Positions 12,564 through 24,500 of a stretch of 64,000 nt of DNA are shown here, piece by piece. Source of the DNA: Oculina patagonica (lineage: Eukaryota); NCBI RefSeq assembly GCF_052425735.1, contig NC_135762.1, forward strand, positions 372,001 to 436,000. The letters run 5' to 3'. The notes under the pieces were generated by a model. That model was not told where the DNA came from. It made no database searches and worked only from the letters and a program-made list of their open reading frames with translations. The first letter of the stretch is position 1. Every line of letters starts with the position of its first letter. Both the position numbers and the translations under genes were made by a program.

Positions 12564-15500
12564 TCACAGTAGCGAGTTGTAGTAGACGTCCTCTGGGAAC
12601 AGTGTGTGTGAATTCTCGGCGAGATATCTGCAAACAGATAACAACAAATGCATTTTTATTTCCCGATCTCAATATTAATGTTTTGCGAGGCTTGTTATTT
12701 GGTGTTACAATATGTGCAGGTACTTTCATATCAATGACCCTAGATACCCCTCTCCACAAACTTTAAAGAGACACTGTCACGGGGAATTTTTCTGCTTTTC
12801 AGTAAAAAGCACTAAAATTAGCGAAGTAGCATCGCTCGCACACGAAATGCGCCTAGAACATCAAGATAACGATATAAAGTATGTAATTGTTGTGCAAGGA
12901 AGAGAGGAGCCTTCATTAGTTTTTAGCTCTTTTTTCAGGCCACAAGGGCAGAACTTGAAAAAGTCGGGCTGACTTTTTCAAGTTGAGTTCTAAAGTTCCT
13001 GATGGCTGTAGAATAATTTCACTTATTTAAAGCTTAAGGACATTGGTTTAGGTTTCAATACGTCTTAAGGCTACTTTAAAGTACTCCACTTCACTTCCCC
13101 TGGGTTAGACTGGTTAGATAGGTCACCTCGATGAACAAAGAGATGTCTCAAAATAGCTAACTAAAATTGTTAAATGTATTTCTGGAAGACTTACTTGAGG
13201 AATGTATTGATTTGCTCCAGCAGGACGCATAGATTCTTTTCAGGCATGTCTGTTCTCGCTAGCAAGCCAGGAAGTTTGACTGTACAGAAAAATTGAGTGT
13301 TACCCACGCGAAATCTCAATTTTGTTATTGGAACTACTTTAATTTAATTTTGTAATCAAGCTAAAAAGTATAAGACGAAAGAAAAAGGCCAACAGTGTTT
13401 TGTCGAAAGTTTTACTCTATTCAAATGAAGAATAAGGTTAGAGCAAAATCCACTCAACCAGAAAGTGCCATTCCACCAAATTTTGACTTTGCCGCGTGAA
13501 AATATCGCGTGTCCAACGCGTGACCGCAAGTTCACCGCGTGGCAGCCGCGCGAAAGTAACCCGAGTTCACCCCCTGAAGGCGCAGCCGAAAGTGAAAGCA
13601 ATTTTTAAGAGTTACTGTTAACCAGTAAAAGTTTCCATTATTCTAAGAATTCACTTAAAAATTACTGCTATAAGAACTGTGATTCGAGAACATAAATTGC
13701 GGTTAGCATCTTCTACACAGCTACAGAAGTACAGTTTCAGCACGCAGGATCAGGAGGCTGTGAAGTCTGTGAAGTTATGGATCGTCCCGGGATATCAGCA
13801 AACATTTGTTGGTTGCTCGAATACCGGTACTTAATTTGGTAGCTCGGAGGATTAAGAGAAGGCATCAATGAGGACAGCTTGTTTGTATTTAATGAACCCA
13901 TTGCACGATCGTTTTAGCGCCTGATCGCTATTTATATTCTTCTGATTTCGTGTTGTCTCAGTTTCCTCGATTTTCAAAATGGCGTCAGTGGCGTGACAAT
14001 ATTAATTCAGTTAGCAGCTCTTTCATATTTACATAAAGGTCAAACAAGCGAACGCTTGTAAATCTATCGCTTCTTTCAATTGTATAACAAAGGATACTTG
14101 GCGTTCTCATCCACTCTCCACCTCATACTACATCATCCCAAGGGAAACAGATCATGAAGAAAGCGAATTTGCTCACATTGTGTGAGAATTGATTAGCAAT
14201 TTCGTCCCAAGAACAAACTACATTTAGTTTCTTTTGACTCCGCGTCTGGTGCGTTGGTCAAGAGAAGTTTCACGGTTAGAATTGTCGAATCACAAAGAAC
14301 ACGCGTGAAGACGAAGTTTGTCTGCCAAAAAATCTCACATGCACTCATGCATGCTGTGTCAAGGGCCCGCGGCAAAACTGCGGTAAATGAATGAATTCTA
14401 TATTTAGAGTGTTTTTGAAAGTCAGGACGCAAAGCCGCAACAATTGTAATTAGAATAAAACAAACAACGGTCGTATTTCCATATTACGTACCCTATACTT
14501 TACACTCTTTTTATGAAAACCTTTTTTTATAAGGACGTCGAGGCTGAAAAAAGGCCAAAATTTAAGAACATCCTAAGAACGTGCCCAAGGTTGAAATTTG
14601 GTTCAGAACAAATTTTATTTTCCCATTTGTTGAAAGTGACAAATATCAAATATATGTACGAAATGTATACATCTTCATTCAAATCCTGACCAGTAACCAA
14701 CATTGTCATTACTCATTGGTGAAGTGAACATGCACATTTAGGTTTAATAGGAATGAATTTACTGCATTACAACTTTGTTTTTAAAATTTAAAAAATAAGA
14801 ACATTTTCTTAAAAGAACATTTAGGGCTCAAATCTTCAAAAAAAGTTAAGAACGTTCAGCCTCGGCCGAAAAATTAGACGTTCTTATATATATAAAAAGA
14901 ATGTATCGTTCTATTTATCATTGTCATTTGGTAAAGAAAAAAAATTTGTGTGAATAATAAAGATGGGCTATGCAAGTATCTATGTCAGAACTCTTACCGA
15001 ATAATCTTAAGAGATGTTCCGGTCCGTAGATTTCCGAGGGCATCACGTGCGTGGAAACACTCAACGAGCTGGGGATGGGTGACGATGGAAAAGCGCTTGC
15101 TGGTAATGGAGCTTCAGGGAGGTTTAACTGAATGTCTTCTATCTCAATTACTTTCTGTCAATGAGAAAAATAGCAAACACGACAATTATCGCATGATCTG
15201 ACATAATCTAGCTACCGTAATTCAATTTAGCGCCCGGGGCGCTTATTTACTTTTGGCACCTCAAGGGAGGGCGCTTATTCGAGACAGGGCGCTTAATCGG
15301 GACAGGGCGCTTATTTAATTTTTTGAGAAACAACCAAATGTATCTTATAATAACAGGAACTGTAACAGTTAGAAATTGTTAAAAATTCAGTTACTTTTAA
15401 AATAATTCTTCATTTTAACAGTAAATATATACATGAACTGTACGGTGAACGGTCAGGAGTTTATCTAGTTGACGTCAGTGACTTCAGTAGGGCCAGTTAT

Positions 15501-18500
15501 CCACAATAGGGGCACTTATTAAAATAGGGGTGCTTATAAGAATGGGGGCGCTAATAAGAATGGGGGCGCTTATTGGAATAGGGGCGCTTATTTACAAAAA
15601 CACATTCGAAGGGGGGCGCTTATTCGGAAGGGGGCGCTTATTGGAAGGAGGGCGCTAAATCGAATCATTACGGTAAGTATTGACCACCAAGGCAATGCCA
15701 TATTTGCCCTTTACACAATAAACTGCCAAAAAAATTAATTATGGGCTTGAAGATTTCTCTGAATGGAATATTTTCTTTGGAAAAGCTTTGATGAGTCTCA
15801 TTATTACACTAGACGCTAACTTTATCAAGATACTGTTTTGTATCCACGATGTTTACTTTAAAAAACAAAAAGTTCACAGAAGATGCGATTTTATGTTTTA
15901 CTTCTTTGTTTGCTGTGAGTGCTGCACCGGAAGTACTCACCCGTTTTTGTGTGACAGCATTGCATTCTGGGCTTGATGAGGTGGATGACACTGTTGCAGA
16001 CTGGGAAGCTTCAAGATTAGCTGGTGGATTTCTGGGCGCACGGCGACGTAGCAGACGTTCTTGCTTGGCTAATCCGAAACAAAATGGAAATACCCTGTCA
16101 GCTTCTATTTGTTTTCCTTGATTAAGATAATGTGATAAATAAAGAACTTGAATGTCACGTCTTTCTGGCTCTGAAAGTGTACATTTTGCTCCCACCCCCT
16201 CCCTCTCTGGGGTCTCCCATATGAAGAGACTGGAGATGCTTATTTGAAAATTTGAATTAAACACCTGCAGAAGACCAATCTGGGCATAGCTCAAGACTTT
16301 TTTTTAGCCCCTAGAAGATACCATTTTTCATGCCTGATTGGTGTAGGCAACCAACACAGTATGGTGGCGTACAACATATAATATTATATGTATGTGCAAC
16401 CCTAAATGATACCTTGACAGCTAAAAATATTGGTGTATTGTCCTTATCACCAGAAGACATAAATCTGTAATTTAAACCCCTTAGCTAGATAATGATTATC
16501 CACACTGCGAGCAGAGCCCTTTCTTTTCCACTGATATACTTGAGAAGAAAAGGCTCTGCAAGAATCGTGTCAAATATTTGTTGTGCATGCGTGAGGCTTA
16601 CGCGATGCTTGCGCGTTTAGCTTGCACGAGGACCACTTAATCTTAGCATGCACACGTGGAATGGCATGACAGATCGTACATAACAGTGTGAACAAGTGTC
16701 TGAATGCATGTCTTCAGAAAAAAAAAGTCAAACACCACTTGAGTCATATTAGTGACTTTATGGTAGAGATGTGCAATTTTAACCGTGAAATTTCTTCTTG
16801 CTTTGCGAAAAAACAAGATCTTAAATGATCCACAAGCTGCACGCGCACACAAACAGTAGCAGAAGGCGAGAGCAATTGTCAGCTCTAGTGCTTTCAAGAG
16901 CGTACTGTAGGCTCCGTCTTGACCGTCAGTTTTTTCCAAAAAATTAATGTCCGTGCAGCAAAAACTGGTTTAATCCGGGCTGACTAGCCCAAATTTTGGG
17001 GCTGCAGCGACTTCAAAGAAATGACATGATTTATGCAGAGCTCTTTCTACTTCCCAAATCTCAACCGCAGGGAAGTTTATAAAAGAGGCTCTGCTCGCAG
17101 GGTGAACGGACGAGCATCCCTCTGCCTTTCATATGAGAGTTTTACCCAGGAGGGGGAAGGGTTGGCAGATAGGAAGTTTTGTGCATGTTATTTCTCCTTA
17201 CAGTTTCAATACATTGTCAAGCAGGCAGATGATGAGAATAAAGAAATTCATCAGCTAGGAGAGTCCAGACACATACTTACCTTCTCCTTCCTTTGTTTCT
17301 GTTTGATTTGCAAACACATTTGTAAACTCTTGCTTGATGGGTGAGCTTTCTGTGGATGAACTTACTACTCCATACTTGTCCTCTGTCGGTGTTTTTCCAT
17401 TGAATTCTTCCTGATGTCCATCTTTGAGTTCTGCAGGGTGCGGCGTGAGTTTCATGACTATCTGATACTGTTCTCGTTCAAAGTTGTACAGCAGTAAAGT
17501 TGGAAGAGTAAAATCAAAATAAATACGAAGACCATCCATAACTTCCTTTATCAAGTTTGTGCTGTAGATACAAAACATGTTGAGTTAACAAGTACTGTAG
17601 AAAATAAAGTTGAAATCCTCAAGGTAAAAGAAACAGGGGTCATCCAAAGAACTCCTGGCAAAGGGGCGTGAAGGTTGAAATGAGCAGTAGTGCCCACATG
17701 TGGACCACAGACGGAAAGCTAGCTCAAAAATTAAGCAGATGGATAGCAAAAGTCATCAATGGCCTATGCTTCACCCGCAGTTAAGGGCCTGAGTGGGTGG
17801 GTGGGTGAGTGAGCAATAAAGTTGAACATTTTTATAGAACAGACACGCATGGTCAACAAGTATCTAAAGTATCGGTTTCATTAATTTAACTCACATGGAA
17901 TACTGTAACAGCCATTTCATTAAAATTAAAATTAATTTTTCCTCACTTCTTGCAAACCATGAGGATGATTGCCAAAGAGAGATGGTCTCATTACTTTTGA
18001 TAGCCGTAACACAAAGTCTCCCAGTTAGTACCATATGAAATGCATAAGGACCAGGAAGGGGGAATTTCTCTTTTGATGATGGTTTAAAGGGTTAAAGCCA
18101 TGTTTACAAAATCACATACACTATAACAGCAGAAAGTTTGAAAGTCTGCACAACAAATGACTATGTGTACAGACAGTTTGTAGGTGCCCCTTAATTAGAT
18201 TATATCTAGTATTTCAAATAAATTTTTTGTTTACCTCTGTCCAGGATAAAAGTCCTGATAGTGCTTGAAATAATCATTTAGTACTTGAACAACATTTGGT
18301 GTTCTAGGAAGCTGCACAAGCTGGTGAATAAAAAATATCTTAAGTTTTAAATTTTGATTTTTAAAATGTTATATCAAAGTACAAAATATAATATTGTTCT
18401 GTTAAAGTTCTCAGACATTCTGAAAAACAAATCAGCTAAATGTTACATGACTCTTGCACAATTGACCTTTCCAAACATTCTGCAAACCTCTTTAAAAAAG

Positions 18501-21361
18501 ACATATTTTAAATTTTTGTATCTGTAAAATACCTAGTCATATATTTTTGGTAGCCATGATAAAGCACCAGCCAGTAAACAAGGCCCTGATTTTAAATTGT
18601 CTTAGTCTCAAATATAGTGCTGGCGGGTTAGGAAAACCAAAATAAAACATTATGATTATTTCTGTCATTATAAACTATTTACAGTATACTATGGAGTACA
18701 GGGTTATATATTATAAAATATATTATGCTTGCCTTCTTTTTCCTTTTGATAAAATAGCAGTCATCTTCCAGCTTCAGTTTTAGCTGGCTTGGTATTTCAA
18801 TCTCAACTTTTGGTAACTCTGGACTTTCCACCTCCAAAAAAAAATAAAATAATATCAAACCTCTCTAATAGGGACAAAAAAAGTGTCCGTATTAGAGAGG
18901 TGTCCATATTGAAGAGGTCACCAGTATGACGTCACTTTTGACTTCATTAACAGCTTAAAGAAGTTAATAATAACTTGAAATGTTCTGCAATGCAATGCTG
19001 CAGGTAAAATATTAACACTCAGCACAAATCCTAATTTGTATTAAATGAATAAAGTGTTACATTGTTGTTTTTGTAACAACAACATGAAATTGCATTACGG
19101 ACACAAAATATCATCGCCTAATCACCGGAGTGTCCGTCATAAAGATGTTAAGTTTATATGAATGTGTTTCCTGGGGCCAAGATTTAGTGTCTGTTGTCCG
19201 TATTAGAGAGGGTCTGTATTAATAGCAGGGTTTTTTCTAAAGAAAATATATGATAATTTTGTTGAGACATCAGAGATTGTCTGTAATAGAGAGGTGGCCG
19301 TATTAAAGAGATGTCCGTACGGAGAGGTTCAACTGTAGTACCATAAGCAAAGGAATAAAAATCCACTCTAAACATTCAGTTGGTTTGCTCAGAGCATGTG
19401 ATTGTTTATTGTTGTGATACAGGTATTATTTTCATAATGCAAACCGCACTGAATATTCATACATACCACTTCAGAAATGGATTTTGCTTCAGTTTTGTTA
19501 ATGCCGTCAGAATCCTTACTCTCTGAACCTTGCATTAACCTCCTTTTCTTTTTCATTCTTGATCTGGGATTAAATTGATTAAAATTTAAATATAACATAT
19601 GGTACAAAACACTGTAAACAAACCTTTAACCTTTGAAATAGAGACCAAAATTTTGAACTATTTTCAAATTAAAAAAAATAATCATTAAATAGCAAACTTA
19701 CTTCAGTGCTTGCTCATGGAGTCTGGACATGAGTGATCTGTTGTTTTCTGAATCTTTTAGAACTTGATCTTCTACAACCCAGCGATCCCAGCTGAGGAAA
19801 GGACATTGAAACAAACTTGTTACAGGAATTAATATTACAATCAAAATTTCATGATAGCTACCAAGACATTTTTTGTCATAATTTTAACATTATGAAATCA
19901 ATACAGTGTATAAATGACAACAAGATCCCATTGATGATTATTCAAACCTACTGAAGATCTGACCTTTTTAATCTTCACTTTTCAGTTTGAAACTTACTGT
20001 ACTATGTTTTGCACCTCAACTGGCAGTAATTGGCTGAGAATTGTCAAATGTAATGGGCTTTTTGGATTTCTGCTTTTACATTCTTAAGTCTTTTCAAAGA
20101 TATTAAAGTACAGTTGAACCCCGTTATTTCGAACCGTCAGGGGAAACAAAAAATAGTTTGAAATAGCGGGAGTTCGAAACAGCCGATAGTAAATGACTGA
20201 AGGGCAAATCCAAGGAAAACGGGTTTTAGTTCGAATTAACGGGGAATTCGAAATAACCGAGTTCGAATTAGCGAGGTTCAACTGTAAGTATAAAATTAAA
20301 GTAAACAAACAACTTGGGGATTCAATGGAATGCAATACCATGTTTTTCTTATACTCAACGATGTAATTCTATATTGTTGTTTGACTTTTTTATAGTGTGT
20401 GTGTGAACTATAATCTTTTATCCCTTTTGATTTATTATTATGCTGTTTTTCCTTAGTTAGCTAACTGAGTTACAAATTATAAGTAACCAATTTCCCTGGT
20501 CTATCATGACCGTTCTCCTCATGTTAATAAAAGAAAGTTATGCAAGCACAAAATACAAACATTATCAAATAGTCAACAGTGTTCACCTCCTGTTCCAACC
20601 ATTGAAATGAATAAAATATTCCGGAACCCTTTTTCCTTTATCATCTTTCGTGATATCAACTTCTAGAACCTTGTGAAAAGAAACATGACATCATAAAAGC
20701 TCATTAACGTAGTTTGGAAACGTTTTGTGGTTTACTTAAATCTAATTAGGGAGCAATTTAGAACTCAATAGATTACTTTACCGATGATCTTGCGTTACTT
20801 ATTAATTTAGATAATTTTAATGTCGAAAGTTTTTGTGTTTTTGAAGCAAACGGCCAAAGTTTCATCGATTGACAACATCTGCTCAAGTTAACGTTCAATG
20901 TTTGTTGTATTAAGCGGTTCACAAATTCTTTCTTACAACAGTAGAAAGCTCCTTCAAAGCTACACTTGTAGTGACAACGGATTTCCGTTTATTCAAAGCG
21001 GATTTAAGGCAAACCGTTAAATAAATTAACACCGCTAGCTCCAAACTTACTTGACAATAAACAAACTACACTTAATCCGATCAGTGGACACAAGACCACG
21101 GATTGACCGCAAAACACGCCAATCCAATGTGGCATGTTTCTTTTCAACTGTTGGAAAGTGCTTGAGCTGTCATGTCACATCATTTGTCATAAAATCTAGG
21201 TTTCAATTCACTGACTGACATGAAAAGAGTACACCTCAAAAATTTACCTTCGACTCGTACAACACTTGGGCCTTGTTGGGATCAGGCTCATAGCAAAGAA
21301 CCTTTTCTCCGACCGCAAATTTGGGAACTGGATTACTTCTCGTCTCGCGACCTGTCGCCAT
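12564..21361 (-). CDS. MSL3: Male-specific lethal 3 homolog (chromo-barrel + MRG domain)
   Basis: Exons 21361-21248, 20669-20587, 19791-19702, 19563-19467, 18831-18733, 18320-18235, 17561-17281, 16068-15941, 15154-14998, 13279-13195, 12627-12564. Motifs [92 protein letters not shown]. The EPDPxKA insert favours MSL3 over MRG15. Boundaries of exons 5 and 8 are less certain. Confidence 0.9.
14501..14905. mobile_element. TA-flanked MITE in MSL3 intron
   Basis: tacactcttttt / aaaaagaatgta ends; internal cgaggctgaa / ttcagcctcg inverted pair. Confidence 0.5.
15213..15675. mobile_element. Tc1/mariner-type MITE, copy 1 (gggcgcttatt subterminal repeats)
   Basis: taccgtaa...ttacggta termini; near-identical copy at 23484-23949. 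Confidence 0.85.
16501..17104. mobile_element. MITE in MSL3 intron
   Basis: TIRs cacactgcgagcagagcc / ggctctgctcgcagggtg; no clear TSD. Confidence 0.6.
18856..19337. mobile_element. Tc1/mariner-type MITE (degenerate left end) next to MSL3 exon 5
   Basis: caaacctctc...gagaggttcaactgta; repeated gtgtccgtattagagagg motifs like those of 6221-6398. Confidence 0.55.
20109..20286. mobile_element. Tc1/mariner-type MITE
   Basis: TA-flanked TIRs tacagttgaacc / ggttcaactgta; internal ttcgaa repeats. Confidence 0.75.
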
Positions 21362-21533
21362 GTTTGAGCTGTTTTGATACACGTCATGTACGGTGCATTG
21401 AAATGTACTCTCAAATAATGTAACAGCTGATCACAGTGATCGCAGGCGGAGCGCGCAACTGTTTTGAAAGAAGACCACTGAAAAGAGCCCATGTGACTGA
21501 GAAGCTTCAAAAAACTAAAATTTGTGCAGGAAT
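21362..21533. promoter_or_regulatory. Putative bidirectional promoter MSL3/MCTS1
   Basis: Divergent start codons at 21361 (-) and 21534 (+), 172 bp apart. Confidence 0.6.
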
Positions 21534-24500
21534 ATGTTCAAAAAGTAAGTTGAATTTTGTTTATTTTGGTACTGTATATTATACCTTTCTAAAGATGAAA
21601 TGTTCGTGCTTTAGACTGCTTCTGTTTTAGGAGTGATGCTTTCCCAAAGTCCCAATTTTTCGAATTTTTTCCCCGTGTGTAAAATCAACTTTTCGCAGAA
21701 TTTTTCGTACGTGAGTTTAAATAACTGAATTTCGTGATTTTTACACGCCGGCTAATGCTTTCAAATATTAACAGTAGTGTAGAACGTTTGTCCGTGTATA
21801 ACGATCTTACGGAGAAATTATTTTGTTGAAATTGGTAGATTTTAATATTTCTTGACCCTCGATTTTTTGGCAACAAGACCGACAGAAAACTAGCAACCAA
21901 CTGATTTTAAAAATAAATAAAATTGATATAAAATTAAGGTTGCAGAACATCATGTAATTATTCAGTAAGTTTGTTTGTTCAGTACCCCCTGCACCCTTGG
22001 GTATGTGTGCATATCAAATGTTTTAGATGGAGTTTTTTGCATGGTTGGTGGGGGGCTCAAACAACACTCTTCAAAACAGGCATTCCTCCCTATCAGCTTT
22101 AAATTCATGTTCATGCGTCCCTTGAAAATTATGTTTAAGTTTGACCATGTATTTTCTTCATTTGAAACAATTTGAGGTAGTAGTAAATAATAAAGATGGT
22201 AAGTGTTCAACATGACTCCAGCATGGGACAAAGAAAAATTCTGAGTCCCTGACGGGAATCGAACCCATGGCCTCCCAGATACCGGTTGGGCGCTCTAACC
22301 AACTGACCAACTCTAGGTTGGTTAGAACGCCCAACTCTAACCAACCTCGAGTTGGGAATCGGGAATCGAGAACCCACGGGAATCGAACCCATGGCCTCCC
22401 AGGTACCGGTTGAGCACTCTAACCAACTGACCAACTCTAGGTTGGTTAGAGCGCCCAACTCTCGGTTCTCGATTCCCGATTCCCGATTCCCAACTCTTGG
22501 TTGGTTAGAGTTGGGCGCTCTACCCAACCTAGAGTTGGTCAGTTGGTTAGAGCGCCCAACCTGTATCTGGGAGGCCATGGGTTTGATTCCCGTCAGGGAC
22601 TCAGAATTTTTCTATAGTCCAACTGATTTGGTTAGAGTGCCCAACTCTAACCAACCTAGAGTTGGTCAGTTGGTTAGAGCGTCTAACTGGTTTCTGGTAG
22701 GCCATGGGTTTGATTCCCGTCGGGGACTCAGAATTTTTCTTTGTCCCATGCTCGAGTCATGTTGAACACTTCATCTTCATTAATTTGAGGTAGTATTGTA
22801 ATATGAGAAATTTTTGGAGACCAGTAAAGAAATTGTATGTGTTGATAGTGGGCTCAAGAGTTTTAATGAAAGTTTGTTTGTTTGAAAAAATCTTTTTGTT
22901 TTCTCAAGATTTCAGGCTAAAGAAAGTGTTTCAGGAGTAAGTCAAGTGAAGTCATCCATTCAACGTGGAATAAAAACCAAACTAGTGGAACAATTCCCTC
23001 CAATAGATGATTACATAGCTCAAATATTTCCCAAAAAGGAACCATTAGTAGTTGTAAAATGGTGAGTAAGTAAGTACCAGAATTCAGGGATGTTGCTAAG
23101 GGCCGGCTGCCGGCTTATTTCATCAGCTGAAAGAAAACTTAAATCTGGCAGAAATTTCACATGAAAACAAAGACTTAGGTTAACCTTTAGAGCTGCCAAG
23201 GCCAGAAAAGCCTGCTGGGCTTGTTGATGTAATCCTCCATTCTTTCAAGTCAAGCAATGGAAAAACTTTGTAACAAGCCGGTTATAAGCCCTGAGCTTTT
23301 ACAACTTTGTGGGGGGTTTTGGGTGGACTTATATCTGGCTGTGGAAGGGAAACTTATTAGCAGTATGAAAAAACGTGTAAAAATGACCAGACAAGAAACT
23401 AGTTAAGGATCTGATTAGAGATATATATTGTGAGGAGGCCACTCCTTATTAATGGTTTTGATCCACACTTGTGCAAACTTACTTACCGTAATGATTCAAT
23501 TTAGCGCCCGGGGCGCTTATTTACTTTTGACACCTCGAGGGAAGGCGCTTATTCGAGACAGGGCGCTTATTCGGGACAGGGCGCTTATTTAATTTTTTGA
23601 GAAACAACCAAATGTATCTAACAATAACAGAAACTGTAACAGTTAGAAATTGTTAAAAGTTCAGTTACTTTTAAAATAATTGTTCATTTTAGCAGTAAAT
23701 ATATACATGAACTGTACGGTGAACGGTCAGGCGTTTATCTAGTTGGCGTCAATGACTTCAGTAGTGGCAGTTATCCACAAAAGGGGCGTTTATTAGAATA
23801 GGGGTGCTTATAAGAATGGGGGCGCTAGTTAGAATGGGGGCGCTTATTGGAATAGGGGCGCTTATTTACAAAAACACATTCGAAGGGGGGCGCTTATTCG
23901 GAAGGGGGCGCTTATTGGAAGGAGGGTGCTAAATCGAATCATAACGGTATGGCACTTTTCTATAACTTAGAACAATGTTTTGAGAGGACTAAGTTAGTTA
24001 AAAATGAATAAGCTGGTTGGAGGAGAGCATATATCTTGGGGGCTCATAACCAGAATATATACGGTCGTTATATATATTTTTTTCATTAAAAGACAGATGG
24101 ACTATAGCTTACTTACTCATTAATCCTCATGATTATATCCATATGTTAGTTTTCACCTTACAAGCATTAAATTATCATTATTATTATTATTATTATTATT
24201 TTTATTTTAAATTTATTATTATCTTGTGCGCGTTTATCAACCCAAGAATAAACTGTTTAAAACCCCTCAAAAATATTGCCAAATCAAACATCATAACAGA
24301 TACAAATAGAAAAAAAAACCTAATTCACAGTGACTGAGGCTATCAAAAGTGTAAATCACATTCACTTTCTGGAAACGCAGTAAAAACTACGGGTACATGG
24401 ACATGTGTTTTTTTGACCCCTAAATTAAAGTAAGCTTGTGTTTTGTGTAGGGGGATATATAACAAGAAATTTTTATATTGTTTATTTGTCATAGTCATGA

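Noticed and set aside
15809-15940. Stop at 15809 as the end of MSL3
   Set aside because: A strong donor at 15940 and three downstream exons complete the MRG domain.
22207-22765. tRNA genes or proteins in the palindrome (also 54158-54300)
   Set aside because: A/B boxes are present but there is no clean cloverleaf, and a shared non-tRNA tail marks them as SINEs; the ORFs are repeat translations.
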